NCBI GenBank assembly: GCA_016204995.1 | Contig: JACQJR010000001.1 | Location: 167,793 to 231,792, forward strand | Direction: 5' to 3' | DNA: 64,000 nt | Source: Candidatus Microgenomates bacterium | GTDB lineage: Bacteria > Patescibacteriota > Microgenomatia > UBA8517 > JACQJR01 | Shown: positions 27,886 through 38,256 of the stretch, in pieces | How the letters are laid out: the number at the start of each line of letters is the position of its first letter | Numbering within the stretch: position 1 is the stretch's first letter | The notes under the pieces: generated by a model | Told to the model about the DNA's origin: nothing | The model's input: only the letters and a program-made list of their open reading frames with translations | Databases searched by the model: none | Translations under genes and position numbers: made by a program

Positions 27886-29513
27886 AGGTTAAGATCTATT
27901 TTTTTAAGTTCTTTTGATGAAAAGTCATAAAATAAAGCATTGACTTGATTTTTTGTGAGATGATAATCTTTAATGGTCTGGCGCAATTTATGTTCATCAC
28001 TAAAAAATCCAAAACCTAAACTAGCTATTTCTTTATAACCTTCCGTATTTAAATTCCATAAAAATTTATCTTTTATTAATTGACTAGGTATTTTACCAGT
28101 TTGGTAATACCAAATCATTAAGGTATAACCCATACCTTGTTGAAAGGGGACATGATTACCTACTAGGTAAAAATCATGATTACCTGTTATATAAAATATA
28201 TTCTTATTATTATCAAAGGTTGGTTTTAGACGAGATAATTGCGATAATAAACTTCTTCTTTCCTGACTAACAGCGATCAAATCCATTAATGATTTATTTA
28301 AATACTTTAGATGAACCACTAAAAATAGTCCTACCAGGAAAATTGCGACCATACCCAATCTCCATCTATTTAAATATTTGTTTAAGGAAAAAACTGTTAA
28401 TCCCAATATTATTCCCGAAGGTAAGTTGGACAGATAATAATACCTTGATTCAAGATAGGCAAAACTTTTACTTAGTAAAACATAAGGCAGAAAACTTAAT
28501 ACGAAAAATGCTACCCAAAAGATAGCATGCTTTTTGATAGTTATAGATTCTTTTCTAACGGCTAAATAGAAAATAAACAGGATGATTAAGGTTAGAGCAA
28601 CAGCAAATAAATCTATCACTACTGTTTGAACAATAATATTAAAATGCTCCGAAGGAAAAAGGGGATAATAAATATTAGTAAAAAATTTCGCAAAATTTAT
28701 CAATAATTCTTGAGGAATAAAAGTCAGAGATAAGGAAGTTAATGGATAGAAAAAAAATCTCGTGATAATTGTAGGGATATTATTAGTGGTGGAAGAAGAG
28801 ATAAACAATTCTGATGAGCGATCAACCGACAAAAACCAGGTTAGTCTTGTTATAGCGATGGAAAAAAATATAAATAAAAATGGCCAAAATTTTTTAAAGA
28901 AATCTCTCCATGATAATCTGTTGTAGAGTAAGGCACCTAGAGGCATTAATAGAAATAGAAATATTCCTATCTCCTTGAAGAAGAGTGAAATATAAAGAGT
29001 TAATAAAGAAACATACAGCCACTTAATCTTTAAGTTAGATAAATAGTTAAAATAAAGTATTAGTGACGACAAAATTAAAGTTACTGCTACCAGGGTACCT
29101 AAGGAAGTACCAAACCAGGAAACAGCACTATGAGAAACGCTAGAGATGGTAAAAAATAAAGTTCCTATAGAAGCAAATAAACTATTTTTAATAATCCATT
29201 TTCTAACTAAATAAAAAACCAATAAAGAATTAGCTGTATGGAAAAATATGCTGTACAAGGCTATAGCGCTAGTATTAAAAGATAACTTTCCAAAAAAAAT
29301 ATAGCTTAGGAGTATAGAAGCAAATCTATCTTGGGCGACTAAAAGTTTAGCGGGAGTTAAGTTATCAAAAATTTCCGTAAAATTTTTTAATATGATATTA
29401 TTACCAATATTCTGCCATTCATCTTGTTGATAAAAAACTTGTGTAAGGCCGCTATAAACCAAAATAGTAATTAATGATAAGAAAATAAATGGGGGTAAGA
29501 AGGCCTTACTCAT
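27882..29513 (-). CDS. Polytopic membrane protein with C-terminal soluble domain (hypothetical; possible GT-C/polymerase-like)
   Basis: About 12 hydrophobic helices followed by a roughly 150-aa hydrophilic tail. Confidence 0.35.
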   Translation of the reverse strand: MSKAFLPPFIFLSLITILVYSGLTQVFYQQDEWQNIGNNIILKNFTEIFDNLTPAKLLVAQDRFASILLSYIFFGKLSFNTSAIALYSIFFHTANSLLVFYLVRKWIIKNSLFASIGTLFFTISSVSHSAVSWFGTSLGTLVAVTLILSSLILYFNYLSNLKIKWLYVSLLTLYISLFFKEIGIFLFLLMPLGALLYNRLSWRDFFKKFWPFLFIFFSIAITRLTWFLSVDRSSELFISSSTTNNIPTIITRFFFYPLTSLSLTFIPQELLINFAKFFTNIYYPLFPSEHFNIIVQTVVIDLFAVALTLIILFIFYLAVRKESITIKKHAIFWVAFFVLSFLPYVLLSKSFAYLESRYYYLSNLPSGIILGLTVFSLNKYLNRWRLGMVAIFLVGLFLVVHLKYLNKSLMDLIAVSQERRSLLSQLSRLKPTFDNNKNIFYITGNHDFYLVGNHVPFQQGMGYTLMIWYYQTGKIPSQLIKDKFLWNLNTEGYKEIASLGFGFFSDEHKLRQTIKDYHLTKNQVNALFYDFSSKELKKIDLNL

Positions 29514-29583
29514 AACTTAATTATGATAAATTGTAGCAGAATATTCACAACAGACAAACTTTATGTTAGGATAGAGAACATTA

Positions 29584-30846
29584 GTGTATCCTATGAAAAA
29601 ATTAAATAAAAGACCTAATAACTTCCGCCCTAAAAATAAATCATTCTATTCTACAAGTCTAAAGTCCTTATACAAGGCTCATATTACCGAAGGCGAATCT
29701 GTTTTAGAATTTAGCTATGGAATAGAAAATGTGCTGGATGATCTTAATCTTAAAAAAAATCACGCAAGAATAGATATAAGTCGTAAAGTAAAGCCACTAA
29801 AAACGAGAACTAAATTTGACCGAATTATTATACATAATCTTGTAGAGTATGTCTTTGATGTTCAGTTAATCATTGAACGGGCTAGAAGACATATTAAGTC
29901 TGATGGTTTACTTATTCTCTCATCCATCAATCCCCTATGGAAAACATCATTTAAACCTGAAATAAGGAAAAATTGGCAACATACTATATCTCTAAAACAT
30001 CTAATCAGCATAGTTAAGCTAGCAGGATTCCAGATTGAAAAATCAGGTTATCTTATGCCTAAGCTATCCAAATTAGGCGCAATCCAATATCTAGTAGCAA
30101 AACCGCTAACTGCTATGAAAAAAGATCCATCAGTCAGCATCGTCATACCCTGTTACAACGAAGAAGATAATGTTGTAGAAACAGTAAAACAAGCTCCTAA
30201 ACTTGGTAGATTTACAGAAATTATAGTGGTAGATGATGCTTCTAAAGATAAAACTAAGGAAGTAGCAGAATCCTTGAGGAAAAAGTATAAAAATCTCAAA
30301 GTTGTTTCTCGCAAATTAAATGGCGGTAAGGGGCCCGCAGTTAAATCTGGTATTGATGCCGCCAAAGGAGATATCTTGATTATCTGGGATGCGGATAGAA
30401 CTGTACCAGCCAGTGAACTGTATCGTTTTTACGATGCATTAGCGTTGGGTTTGGGACAATTCTCCAATGGCACCCGCATGATCTATAGAATGGAAGGTGA
30501 GGCTATGAGACCATTGCATGTTTTAGGCAATACAGTCTTTGGCTGGCTTTTTAGCTGGATCTTTAGCAATGGCATTAGTGATACACTTTGTGGTACCAAA
30601 GCTTTATTTATGAAAGATGCTAGAAAAATAGAAATGGGCAAGGAAAGATGGGGAGATTTTGATTTATTATTTGGAGCAGCCAGACTTGGTTTAAAAATAG
30701 CCGAGGTGCCTATTCACTATAAATCCCGTGTAGCTGGAGAATCAAAAATGCGAACCTTCAATTATGGCTTTAAGGTAGGTAAAATGGCATTATCAGGTAT
30801 GATTGAATTTAAAATAAAGCCTATTCTAAAAACACTAGTTAGCTGA
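29584..30846 (+). CDS. Fusion: degenerate class I SAM-methyltransferase-like N-terminal domain plus C-terminal GT2 (Dpm1-like) glycosyltransferase
   Basis: N-terminal VLEFSYG (degenerate GxGxG) and FDRIIIHNLVEYV...IKSDGLLIL (MTase post-II motifs). C-terminal VSIVIPCYNEE...IIVVDDASKDKT...IWDAD. Confidence 0.55.
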   Translation: MYPMKKLNKRPNNFRPKNKSFYSTSLKSLYKAHITEGESVLEFSYGIENVLDDLNLKKNHARIDISRKVKPLKTRTKFDRIIIHNLVEYVFDVQLIIERARRHIKSDGLLILSSINPLWKTSFKPEIRKNWQHTISLKHLISIVKLAGFQIEKSGYLMPKLSKLGAIQYLVAKPLTAMKKDPSVSIVIPCYNEEDNVVETVKQAPKLGRFTEIIVVDDASKDKTKEVAESLRKKYKNLKVVSRKLNGGKGPAVKSGIDAAKGDILIIWDADRTVPASELYRFYDALALGLGQFSNGTRMIYRMEGEAMRPLHVLGNTVFGWLFSWIFSNGISDTLCGTKALFMKDARKIEMGKERWGDFDLLFGAARLGLKIAEVPIHYKSRVAGESKMRTFNYGFKVGKMALSGMIEFKIKPILKTLVS

Positions 30847-30987
30847 TAGTTATCTTCAAAACAATTCTGCTTTTTGCTAATGAAGCTCCACGGCTAAATT
30901 CTTAATTACCTTCTTTGGCTGATAAAATTAACTGAAATAGGGGATTGACATTATCTTCCATAAAATATTTAATGATATACATTAATA

Positions 30988-32199
30988 ATGGAAAGATCTA
31001 CCTTCACAGATGCTAAATCTAAACTTGAATACCATCCTCAAACTGTTGAACGCCTATTAAACAACGAACCCGTTATACCAATAAGTATGGAAGTAGATTT
31101 ATCATACTTTTGCGGTGATCAATGTACGTTTTGCCACTTTTCCTACACCCACCAGAAACCCGTTAGAACCGATGCTCTTCTCCCTATCTTAGAGAAAGTT
31201 TTCATGCCCCCCAAGCTGGCCGATGAAGTATTGAGAAAAATGAACGAAGCCGGAGTTAAATCAATTGTTTTTTCTGGAGGGGGAGAACCTACTGATAGCC
31301 CTTTCGCTTTGGAAATTTTTAAAATGGCTAAATCTTACAATCTGGAGTTAGGGATGTACACTAGGGGATTTAACCTAAAAGGTGAACTAGGAGAATTTGT
31401 GGCTAATAACTTTGAATGGGTGGTGGTCTCGCTAGATGTGACTAATCCGGAAGAGCATAAACTTATCAAAGGCACTAATGGGAAAATATTTTTGGAAAAG
31501 TTGGAAAACATCCATAACTTTTTGAAAATACCTAATCGGCATGCCAATATTAGTGTTAGCGCCATGGTGGATACCGGCCACCTAGAAAATGTACCGCCAT
31601 ATCCGGAACAGCAAGATTTATTTGGAACAGATGCCACCCAAGTTACTAAATTAGAACGGGATATGCTTTGGTTATTGGGGTTAGGCGCTGATGAGGTACA
31701 GATTAGACCAATTATAGATACCGGATCATATAAAGAGCAAAGAGAATCTCACCAAATGAAGGGGATGGCTTTTATGACTGATAAACAAATCTGGCAGGAA
31801 CATTATAGTTGGATTCCTAAAGTAGTATCAATTCTGGAAAGATATAATAGTCTAGCTGGCCTAAATACGTCAATAGATAAATTTCATCAAGTCTATGAAG
31901 GGGAAAGTGGAGAGGAGACATGTTATGGTATGGTAATATCAGCTGGTTTGGTTGCCAGTGATGGAAAAGTCTACAAATGCGTCAACACACGATCTATTCC
32001 GGAAAAAATTATTGGCGATTTAAAAACCCAATCCATGGAAGAGATTTTTCTTTCCGAATCTTTAGATCGCTCCATTGATAGTTTTTGCAGGGTCGGATGT
32101 CGAGGATGTAAAGTCAATGAAGTTTTTAATAGACTATCTCATTCCGAAACAGTATTCTTATCACCACGACAAGGTGTCAAACATCCCAATTTTATTTAG
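30988..32199 (+). CDS. Radical SAM enzyme with C-terminal auxiliary-cluster (SPASM/twitch-like) cysteines
   Basis: Canonical CGDQCTFC (CX3CXFC). FSGGGEPT GGE motif. C-terminal C-x18-C...CRVGCRGC. Confidence 0.65.
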   Translation: MERSTFTDAKSKLEYHPQTVERLLNNEPVIPISMEVDLSYFCGDQCTFCHFSYTHQKPVRTDALLPILEKVFMPPKLADEVLRKMNEAGVKSIVFSGGGEPTDSPFALEIFKMAKSYNLELGMYTRGFNLKGELGEFVANNFEWVVVSLDVTNPEEHKLIKGTNGKIFLEKLENIHNFLKIPNRHANISVSAMVDTGHLENVPPYPEQQDLFGTDATQVTKLERDMLWLLGLGADEVQIRPIIDTGSYKEQRESHQMKGMAFMTDKQIWQEHYSWIPKVVSILERYNSLAGLNTSIDKFHQVYEGESGEETCYGMVISAGLVASDGKVYKCVNTRSIPEKIIGDLKTQSMEEIFLSESLDRSIDSFCRVGCRGCKVNEVFNRLSHSETVFLSPRQGVKHPNFI

Positions 32200-32235
32200 T
32201 AAAAACGTTTAATTTACTATGACTTAAAAAAGTTT

Positions 32236-34386
32236 ATGAAAAATGTCACGCGGGCTAAACTTTTACTCTTAATATTAATCTTAGCTTTTTTATTAAGAAC
32301 CATCGGTATTACCCCAAATTTCCAACAGCATCCTGATGAACCTGGAGTAATCGAACCCGCAAGCAAAATTGCAATAAATACAATTTTCCATCATAATCCA
32401 GACCCCAATGTAGAACCTCAACCATTTAAATACTCCTCCTCTATTTTCTATATGCACGCTTTAATTAGAAGCATTATTCTCATGAGCAGCTACTCCATTT
32501 ACAAAACTACCGGCTTTACCTTTAACATCCCAAAACAAAATTTCGGCGAACCAAGTTTTGAACAGTTTATAGCAGATTTAGGCCCCTACTTTTTGAGTGA
32601 TATTTTATTATGGGCGCACAGATTCCCCAGTGTAATATTTGGAACGCTTACTGTCCTTTTCGTTTATAAGACTGCTTTACTTTTATTTAAAAAAGGGGGT
32701 CTTGCCTTACTTTCCGCATTAGCACTTGCTATCATGCCCCAGCACGTCCGCGACTCGCATTGGGCAACAGTCGGTATTATTCAGACTTTCTTCTTTACCC
32801 TAGCTTTTTATCTAAGTGCAAGAGCATGGAAATTACCAGACACCAAAAATTGGATTATGGCCAGCGTTATCGCTGGTTTTGCAGTGTCTATTAAATACTT
32901 CCCCTTGCCCTTACTACCTCTCTTTTTTTTTCTCTTTTTGGCACGTACTAAAATTACACCTAGTTTTCTGATTATTATCTTTTTGTCAATCTTTGTTGGT
33001 TATTTTTTGGGCATGCCCTATATTTTTGCCCATATTCAAGAAATGATTAATGCTTTCAAATCTCAAGTTGCTTTTTATTCTCCTGAAAAAGTAGGAGGTG
33101 AACAATCATTTTTTGCGCACATTTTGCCTTTATATTTGCACGGATACCACTTCAATTTTTTTTACAAAATAGCCGTGGGGCCATTACTTTCGTTAGTTGG
33201 GTTAATTGGAACATTTTATGGGATTAAAAAGTGGGGATTGGAAGCTGTTTCGCTACTAATTATCCCCGTCATCAACCTGCTATTCATAACTTTTTATTTA
33301 GAAGCAGTTTACGAAACGCTTGATATTCCCGCTCTACCTTTTTTCGCTATATTTATCGGAATAGGAGCTTGGGCCATCTTACAAAAAGCTCAAAATAACA
33401 AAATCATATTGGCGGTGATATTAAGTATTATATTTTTGCCTGCATTTTTAGATTCTGCCCAAGCCTCATTAGCATGCACAAAAACTATTACTGAATTTGA
33501 GGCCCATGATTGGATAGCTGAAAATATTCCAGAAGGAATTACTTTAGCATTTCAACCGAATATGCGCCTCCCTTCTAAAAATTTTAAATTTGTCCGCTCT
33601 GAACCAAAAGAGAAGTTTTTACTTGCCGAAATTCAAGAAAGTGGCGCAGAATATGTTGCCTTGCATTCAGGATACACCGATCGTTATTCCCAATGGCTCG
33701 ATGATAAACTTTTTCTATCGCAGTATGTCAAAAATAATGAATTTACACATCTTGTTCTGCAGGAATATGAGCAAAATACAAGGCTGCTAAAATCATTCGT
33801 TAAACCCACCATGTGCGTAAATAGCCGTATATATATTTATAAGATTCCCCCTCTTCTTAATCCAGCTAAAAATATAATTCAACAGTTTAACTTTAGTGAC
33901 CAAAACTATTTCTCTGGTTGGAAATTAGGTCATCTAAAAGTTCCCTCGGGAACAAGGATTGAACTATTATCAACATCAAATGGTACTAAATTAAAGTATC
34001 AATATGACTCTGATATCTTTTCCCAGCAGTTGGGAAAAGGGACTTTACCTCCTGCTTTTTACGGCACCCCATTTCGCTCTCCCTTTATTAATATAAATAG
34101 TGAAAAAAAATATTCTGCAACTATGTTAGTTAAAAAGATATACAGATCTTTAAGTCAACTCCCCAATGGATTTCTAAGATTAGACTTTTATCAAAGCAAC
34201 AAAGAAGAACCTATTTTAACTAGAATTTCGCCTAGGCTTACGCCAGAAAACAATGAATGGCAAAAATTGCTTATTACTTCCTATGCACCTAATAATGCCA
34301 AATTTGCTACTATCTCTTTTCAAACATCAGTGGCTTCAGAACCTTCAGAATATTTGATAGATAAAGCCACTCTGATGGGAGATTAG
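32236..34386 (+). CDS. GT-C glycosyltransferase, PMT/ArnT-like (group A) with C-terminal CBM-like domain
   Basis: Loop-1 motif QHPDEPG. MPQHVRDSHW. Multi-TM. C-terminal GFLRLDFYQSNKEEP...EWQKL...APNNAKFATISFQ. Confidence 0.6.
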   Translation: MKNVTRAKLLLLILILAFLLRTIGITPNFQQHPDEPGVIEPASKIAINTIFHHNPDPNVEPQPFKYSSSIFYMHALIRSIILMSSYSIYKTTGFTFNIPKQNFGEPSFEQFIADLGPYFLSDILLWAHRFPSVIFGTLTVLFVYKTALLLFKKGGLALLSALALAIMPQHVRDSHWATVGIIQTFFFTLAFYLSARAWKLPDTKNWIMASVIAGFAVSIKYFPLPLLPLFFFLFLARTKITPSFLIIIFLSIFVGYFLGMPYIFAHIQEMINAFKSQVAFYSPEKVGGEQSFFAHILPLYLHGYHFNFFYKIAVGPLLSLVGLIGTFYGIKKWGLEAVSLLIIPVINLLFITFYLEAVYETLDIPALPFFAIFIGIGAWAILQKAQNNKIILAVILSIIFLPAFLDSAQASLACTKTITEFEAHDWIAENIPEGITLAFQPNMRLPSKNFKFVRSEPKEKFLLAEIQESGAEYVALHSGYTDRYSQWLDDKLFLSQYVKNNEFTHLVLQEYEQNTRLLKSFVKPTMCVNSRIYIYKIPPLLNPAKNIIQQFNFSDQNYFSGWKLGHLKVPSGTRIELLSTSNGTKLKYQYDSDIFSQQLGKGTLPPAFYGTPFRSPFININSEKKYSATMLVKKIYRSLSQLPNGFLRLDFYQSNKEEPILTRISPRLTPENNEWQKLLITSYAPNNAKFATISFQTSVASEPSEYLIDKATLMGD

Positions 34387-34390
34387 AAAA

Positions 34391-36832
34391 TTATTCAGCG
34401 TTTAAGAGGCTTTTATCTTTATTAAATTCTTTGAGTGAAGGATGCCATGCTTCTATTTTACTAATTTTTAGATTGCTGGGGAAATCAGCTACATTAATTT
34501 TAATAGATTTAATTCGCCTACCTGTTTTTGGCAGCTGAATTGTATATTCATTAAAGCTACTCAAACCTTTTATATAAATTTTCTGCTCCTGCCCAGCTGG
34601 GTAACCCCCATCCCCATCCACTCTCCAATTTATTTCTACGGGAATTTTTTCCTTTAAAATTTGTTTGTAAAAACGCAGCATTGTTTCCCAATTAGGAAAA
34701 TATGCTGCCGGGTTATTCCTAACAAGGAAGTAATTTTCTAAATCTTTCTTCTCCAAAGGTTTATCAAAAATTTCAATCTCATCTACAGCCGGCGTCCAAC
34801 CGCCTCTTGTCTTTTTAATAATTAGACGAATGTATTTTGCTTCCTTTCCACCTACTTCTGTGGTAAAAAACTGTCCTGTTGTCAATCTGGGTGCATTAGT
34901 TACATGCTCAACAGTGATAAATTCTTTACCATCCTGGGAAATAGAAATTTCATATTCTGATGGCGCTCGGAACTCCCACGGTGCAGTCCGAGAAGAAGCC
35001 CAAACAATCTTGTAGACCTTTGTGAGATCTCCAAGATCTATGGTAACCTTGGTCCCTTCCGACTCCCACTGCGAAGGAATCCAAGTAGTTACATTTTTAC
35101 CATCAATTACATTATTTATATTGTGCTCATCACTCATAGAGGAAACATCAGCTGTAATCATTTTTGCTCTTTTAGCCTCTTGATTAAAGAATAGATCAAA
35201 GTATTGATCAAGCGACATACTCCCTCCTTGTAGGAACAATTTTGGGGCTATTTCTTTGGTTAAATCAACTCGCATCCATGCCTTGATAAAAACCGGGGTG
35301 GAGGCGGGAATATCCAAATCAGTTAGTTCAATTTCTTTGCCATCTAAATTGCTGCCTAAATTGACTTTTTGTCCAGCCGATAAAATCTTACGAGCTTCCG
35401 GCGTCTCTTCCAAAATATCTCCTCGTTTATAGTCAAAAGCATAAATATCATTAGGCCCTAAATTATTATGTTGGAGTAATCTCACGGCTTCTAGTGGATC
35501 TGTTGCTAAATGAAAATCATCAAATCGCTTACTATAAAATCCTGCTAGAAAATGAGCGCTGCCCGCATCGCTGCCGGAAACATAAGGTCCGGGCGGGTAA
35601 GGACGCGTAAGTGTGGTCAATAAAACTGAATCCCTATCAATATGCGGAGCTTTAGTGGTAATAGTCTCATAAAAATACTTTAAATGACTAGAATGAGATT
35701 CCCATCTATTGTTAATTACATAATTTGAGAAGTAAATATGAAACAATAAAATAATAAAAAAGACTAGTAACTGCAGTTTCTTTCTAAGAATACTTAAAAT
35801 AATTGCAAGGTACCCTGAAACAAATGGAAGCAAGACTATATAAAATCTGTGCGAAGAGGGCCAAATAGTGGGGATTTGACCGACAAAGGAAATAACTAAC
35901 ATAATCACCGCTAAAGATAAAAATATTATCAAAGAAAAAAAGAATGCTATCCAAAAAAGTTTTTTCTTTTCACGCCAAAGATGTAATAAAGGTAGAATTA
36001 AAACGAGTAAGGCCAGAAATCCAAAAATCGTCTCAATACTCTCCGGCAATTTACTAAAAATCAATAACAGGTCTGAAGGGAACAAAACGTTCCCCAGATT
36101 TTTTACAAAAACATCTAACATTTCCCAGCTAATATTAAGATGAGTAATTTTGCCAAAGATAAGTTTGAAGCTTTGAAAAAAAATTATGACAGGCAAAATA
36201 AATAAAATTACCATAGGCAAAAAAGGGCGCCACGATATTCTTTTACCAGTTTGGTAAGTTTGAGATAAAATTAAAAGCGGAATCCAAATCAAAAGTAGAA
36301 AAGAACGAAATTGAAAAAAATAGAGGGAAAATAAAAGTGAGGCTGCGAAAAAGATTAAATTAAATTTGCTTCTATGCTTTAAATAATTAATCAGCAAAAT
36401 TAGGGTTAAAAGAGACGATATAAGAAAAACTAAGTGAATTTGTCCTCCAGCCACATTCCACGTTAAAGATTCAATGCCCAAATAACCACTTGCCGCAATA
36501 GCAGCAGCATACACTGAAATTTCTTTCCTTTTTGTGTACAGAATCCGCATAAATAAATAAAACAATACTAGAAATAATAAGAAAAGAATAAACGAGGCAA
36601 GGTAATAAAAAAATGGATTGTAACCAAAAAAGAAATACTCTATAGTTACCAATGGTCGCAGAAATAAATAAGCTACAAACCCGGGATACAAAAAAATACT
36701 ATGTGGATCACTGGGGAATTGGACTCCATAAAGCAAAGAAAAATCCTCATAAGAAAAATAATATTTAAGGATTTGAGAAATGCTTAAAAAAGCAATGACA
36801 ATAATCAAAAAAATCTTCTTAATCATTTGCAA
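34391..36832 (-). CDS. YfhO-like/GT-C polytopic membrane protein (group C) with C-terminal discoidin (F5/8 type C)-like carbohydrate-binding domain
   Basis: N-terminal TM plus YFSYEDFSLLYG acidic loop. About 13 TM helices. C-terminal NVIDGKNVTTWIPSQW...YKIVWASSR...EISISQDGKEF...TRGGWTPAVDEIEIF resembles a discoidin/F5/8-C domain. Confidence 0.5.
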   Translation of the reverse strand: MQMIKKIFLIIVIAFLSISQILKYYFSYEDFSLLYGVQFPSDPHSIFLYPGFVAYLFLRPLVTIEYFFFGYNPFFYYLASFILFLLFLVLFYLFMRILYTKRKEISVYAAAIAASGYLGIESLTWNVAGGQIHLVFLISSLLTLILLINYLKHRSKFNLIFFAASLLFSLYFFQFRSFLLLIWIPLLILSQTYQTGKRISWRPFLPMVILFILPVIIFFQSFKLIFGKITHLNISWEMLDVFVKNLGNVLFPSDLLLIFSKLPESIETIFGFLALLVLILPLLHLWREKKKLFWIAFFFSLIIFLSLAVIMLVISFVGQIPTIWPSSHRFYIVLLPFVSGYLAIILSILRKKLQLLVFFIILLFHIYFSNYVINNRWESHSSHLKYFYETITTKAPHIDRDSVLLTTLTRPYPPGPYVSGSDAGSAHFLAGFYSKRFDDFHLATDPLEAVRLLQHNNLGPNDIYAFDYKRGDILEETPEARKILSAGQKVNLGSNLDGKEIELTDLDIPASTPVFIKAWMRVDLTKEIAPKLFLQGGSMSLDQYFDLFFNQEAKRAKMITADVSSMSDEHNINNVIDGKNVTTWIPSQWESEGTKVTIDLGDLTKVYKIVWASSRTAPWEFRAPSEYEISISQDGKEFITVEHVTNAPRLTTGQFFTTEVGGKEAKYIRLIIKKTRGGWTPAVDEIEIFDKPLEKKDLENYFLVRNNPAAYFPNWETMLRFYKQILKEKIPVEINWRVDGDGGYPAGQEQKIYIKGLSSFNEYTIQLPKTGRRIKSIKINVADFPSNLKISKIEAWHPSLKEFNKDKSLLNAE

Positions 36833-38256
36833 TAGATAAGTTGATATTTTGGCGGTTCTTGATCTAAATATGACCTCATCTGCCTAGTGAATCCCTCATA
36901 ATGATATGGTTTAAATAACAATGCATGCTCACGCTCTATTAAGATTTCAGTATCACAAGGGACGCTTAAACTACCATAGTAAGGATACAACAAAGTTGGG
37001 TTGACAAGGTAGAATTTTCCCCCTGAAATAGTCGGAGGGTCGGTAGTATTATCATCAACTACCTCTTTTTTAGTATAAATATCTTCAAGCGTGTATTTAC
37101 TATTTTTAGTTTTTAAATAATTTTCCGCCTCTTCTCTAAATGCTGTAGGATAAATTAAATGTTTAAAAGTATTAAAACGGGGCCACCAGTTTACTAAAAC
37201 AATAAAAATGAAAGCGCTGAATCCCAATGCATAAAATAAGCGAGATTGACAAACTTTTCTAAATAAACTATCCAAAGCTATTATCCCATATATTAAAAGG
37301 AGTAGATAGAATGGACGGATTGTACGACCATATAAAACAGTTTTTGCTGCTATATGGGAAAATATTTCTAGGATTAAAAAAATCAGAATCAAATAAATTA
37401 TCCATGGAAAAAATTTCTTTTTTTCTTTAAGAAAAATTATTAGAGGGGCAAAAGCAATAATTAATAAACCCAGTATCCCATCGTATGATCGAACATATTC
37501 AGTTAAAAACGGTAAGACCGGTATAAAATCTCCTTGTGTTACAATACCCGATAAATGTTGTGCCTCATCAAAGTAAGATGGTGTTGCGCCGATAGCCATT
37601 GATATTAATTGAGCAGAAATAACAACTAGTGCAAAGCCACCGACAAAAAAAACCGATTTTTTTAATTTAAATCTTTTGTTGTAAATAAAAAGTAAAAATG
37701 GTATTGGAATAAGATAATAAAAATTACTCGGATAAATAAGAAAAGATACAGCACTAATTATTCCAAAATTTAAGGCTGATTTTCTTTTAATAAAAACATA
37801 TAAAGCTAAGAGTAAAGTTGCCAAACTAGCGTCATAAGGCAACATATGTCGTATATAGAAAATGGAAGAGATGGAAAAAATTAATACTATAGTAGCCAGG
37901 ATAGCCGTACTTTGGTTGACTATCCTTTGGAGAATCAAATAAACAAATATGGGAATTAAGGAATTAAAAACTAGGTTCAGCATTGTCCCGTATGGGACAT
38001 TCGGCTTCTGCACTTCAAGCCAAATTGGAATGGAATATAAAATTCCAAAACCGGGTTTGGCATTAATCCCAAAGACGCCTTGAAAATAAAGTGTTGGATT
38101 TTTTTCTTTCTCGCTTTGTTTCAAAGTATTAATTAGGCGCTTATAAAAAATTTCATCTCCAAAAAAATATTGCCCGTTGGGGTTAAATAAAGATAATCTC
38201 GTAAGCAGAATTAAAAACAGCAACAATATAAATAATTTGGGAGTTTTAAATCTCAT
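36823..38256 (-). CDS. Polytopic membrane protein (hypothetical, GT-C-like)
   Basis: N-terminal TM helix followed by about 11 further helices. Confidence 0.35.
   Translation of the reverse strand: MRFKTPKLFILLLFLILLTRLSLFNPNGQYFFGDEIFYKRLINTLKQSEKEKNPTLYFQGVFGINAKPGFGILYSIPIWLEVQKPNVPYGTMLNLVFNSLIPIFVYLILQRIVNQSTAILATIVLIFSISSIFYIRHMLPYDASLATLLLALYVFIKRKSALNFGIISAVSFLIYPSNFYYLIPIPFLLFIYNKRFKLKKSVFFVGGFALVVISAQLISMAIGATPSYFDEAQHLSGIVTQGDFIPVLPFLTEYVRSYDGILGLLIIAFAPLIIFLKEKKKFFPWIIYLILIFLILEIFSHIAAKTVLYGRTIRPFYLLLLIYGIIALDSLFRKVCQSRLFYALGFSAFIFIVLVNWWPRFNTFKHLIYPTAFREEAENYLKTKNSKYTLEDIYTKKEVVDDNTTDPPTISGGKFYLVNPTLLYPYYGSLSVPCDTEILIEREHALLFKPYHYEGFTRQMRSYLDQEPPKYQLIYCK

Noticed and set aside
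30945-30950. Perfect TTGACA -35 hexamer upstream of the radical SAM gene
   Set aside because: The spacing to the best -10 candidate (TATACA at 30976-30981) is 25 nt and other -10 candidates are poor. The promoter architecture could not be resolved, so no feature was called.
30988-32199. Radical SAM/SPASM enzymes as RiPP (sactipeptide/ranthipeptide) maturases
   Set aside because: No adjacent short Cys-rich precursor ORF, no peptidase/ABC exporter, and the context is entirely carbohydrate metabolism. Kept only as a caveat in the findings.
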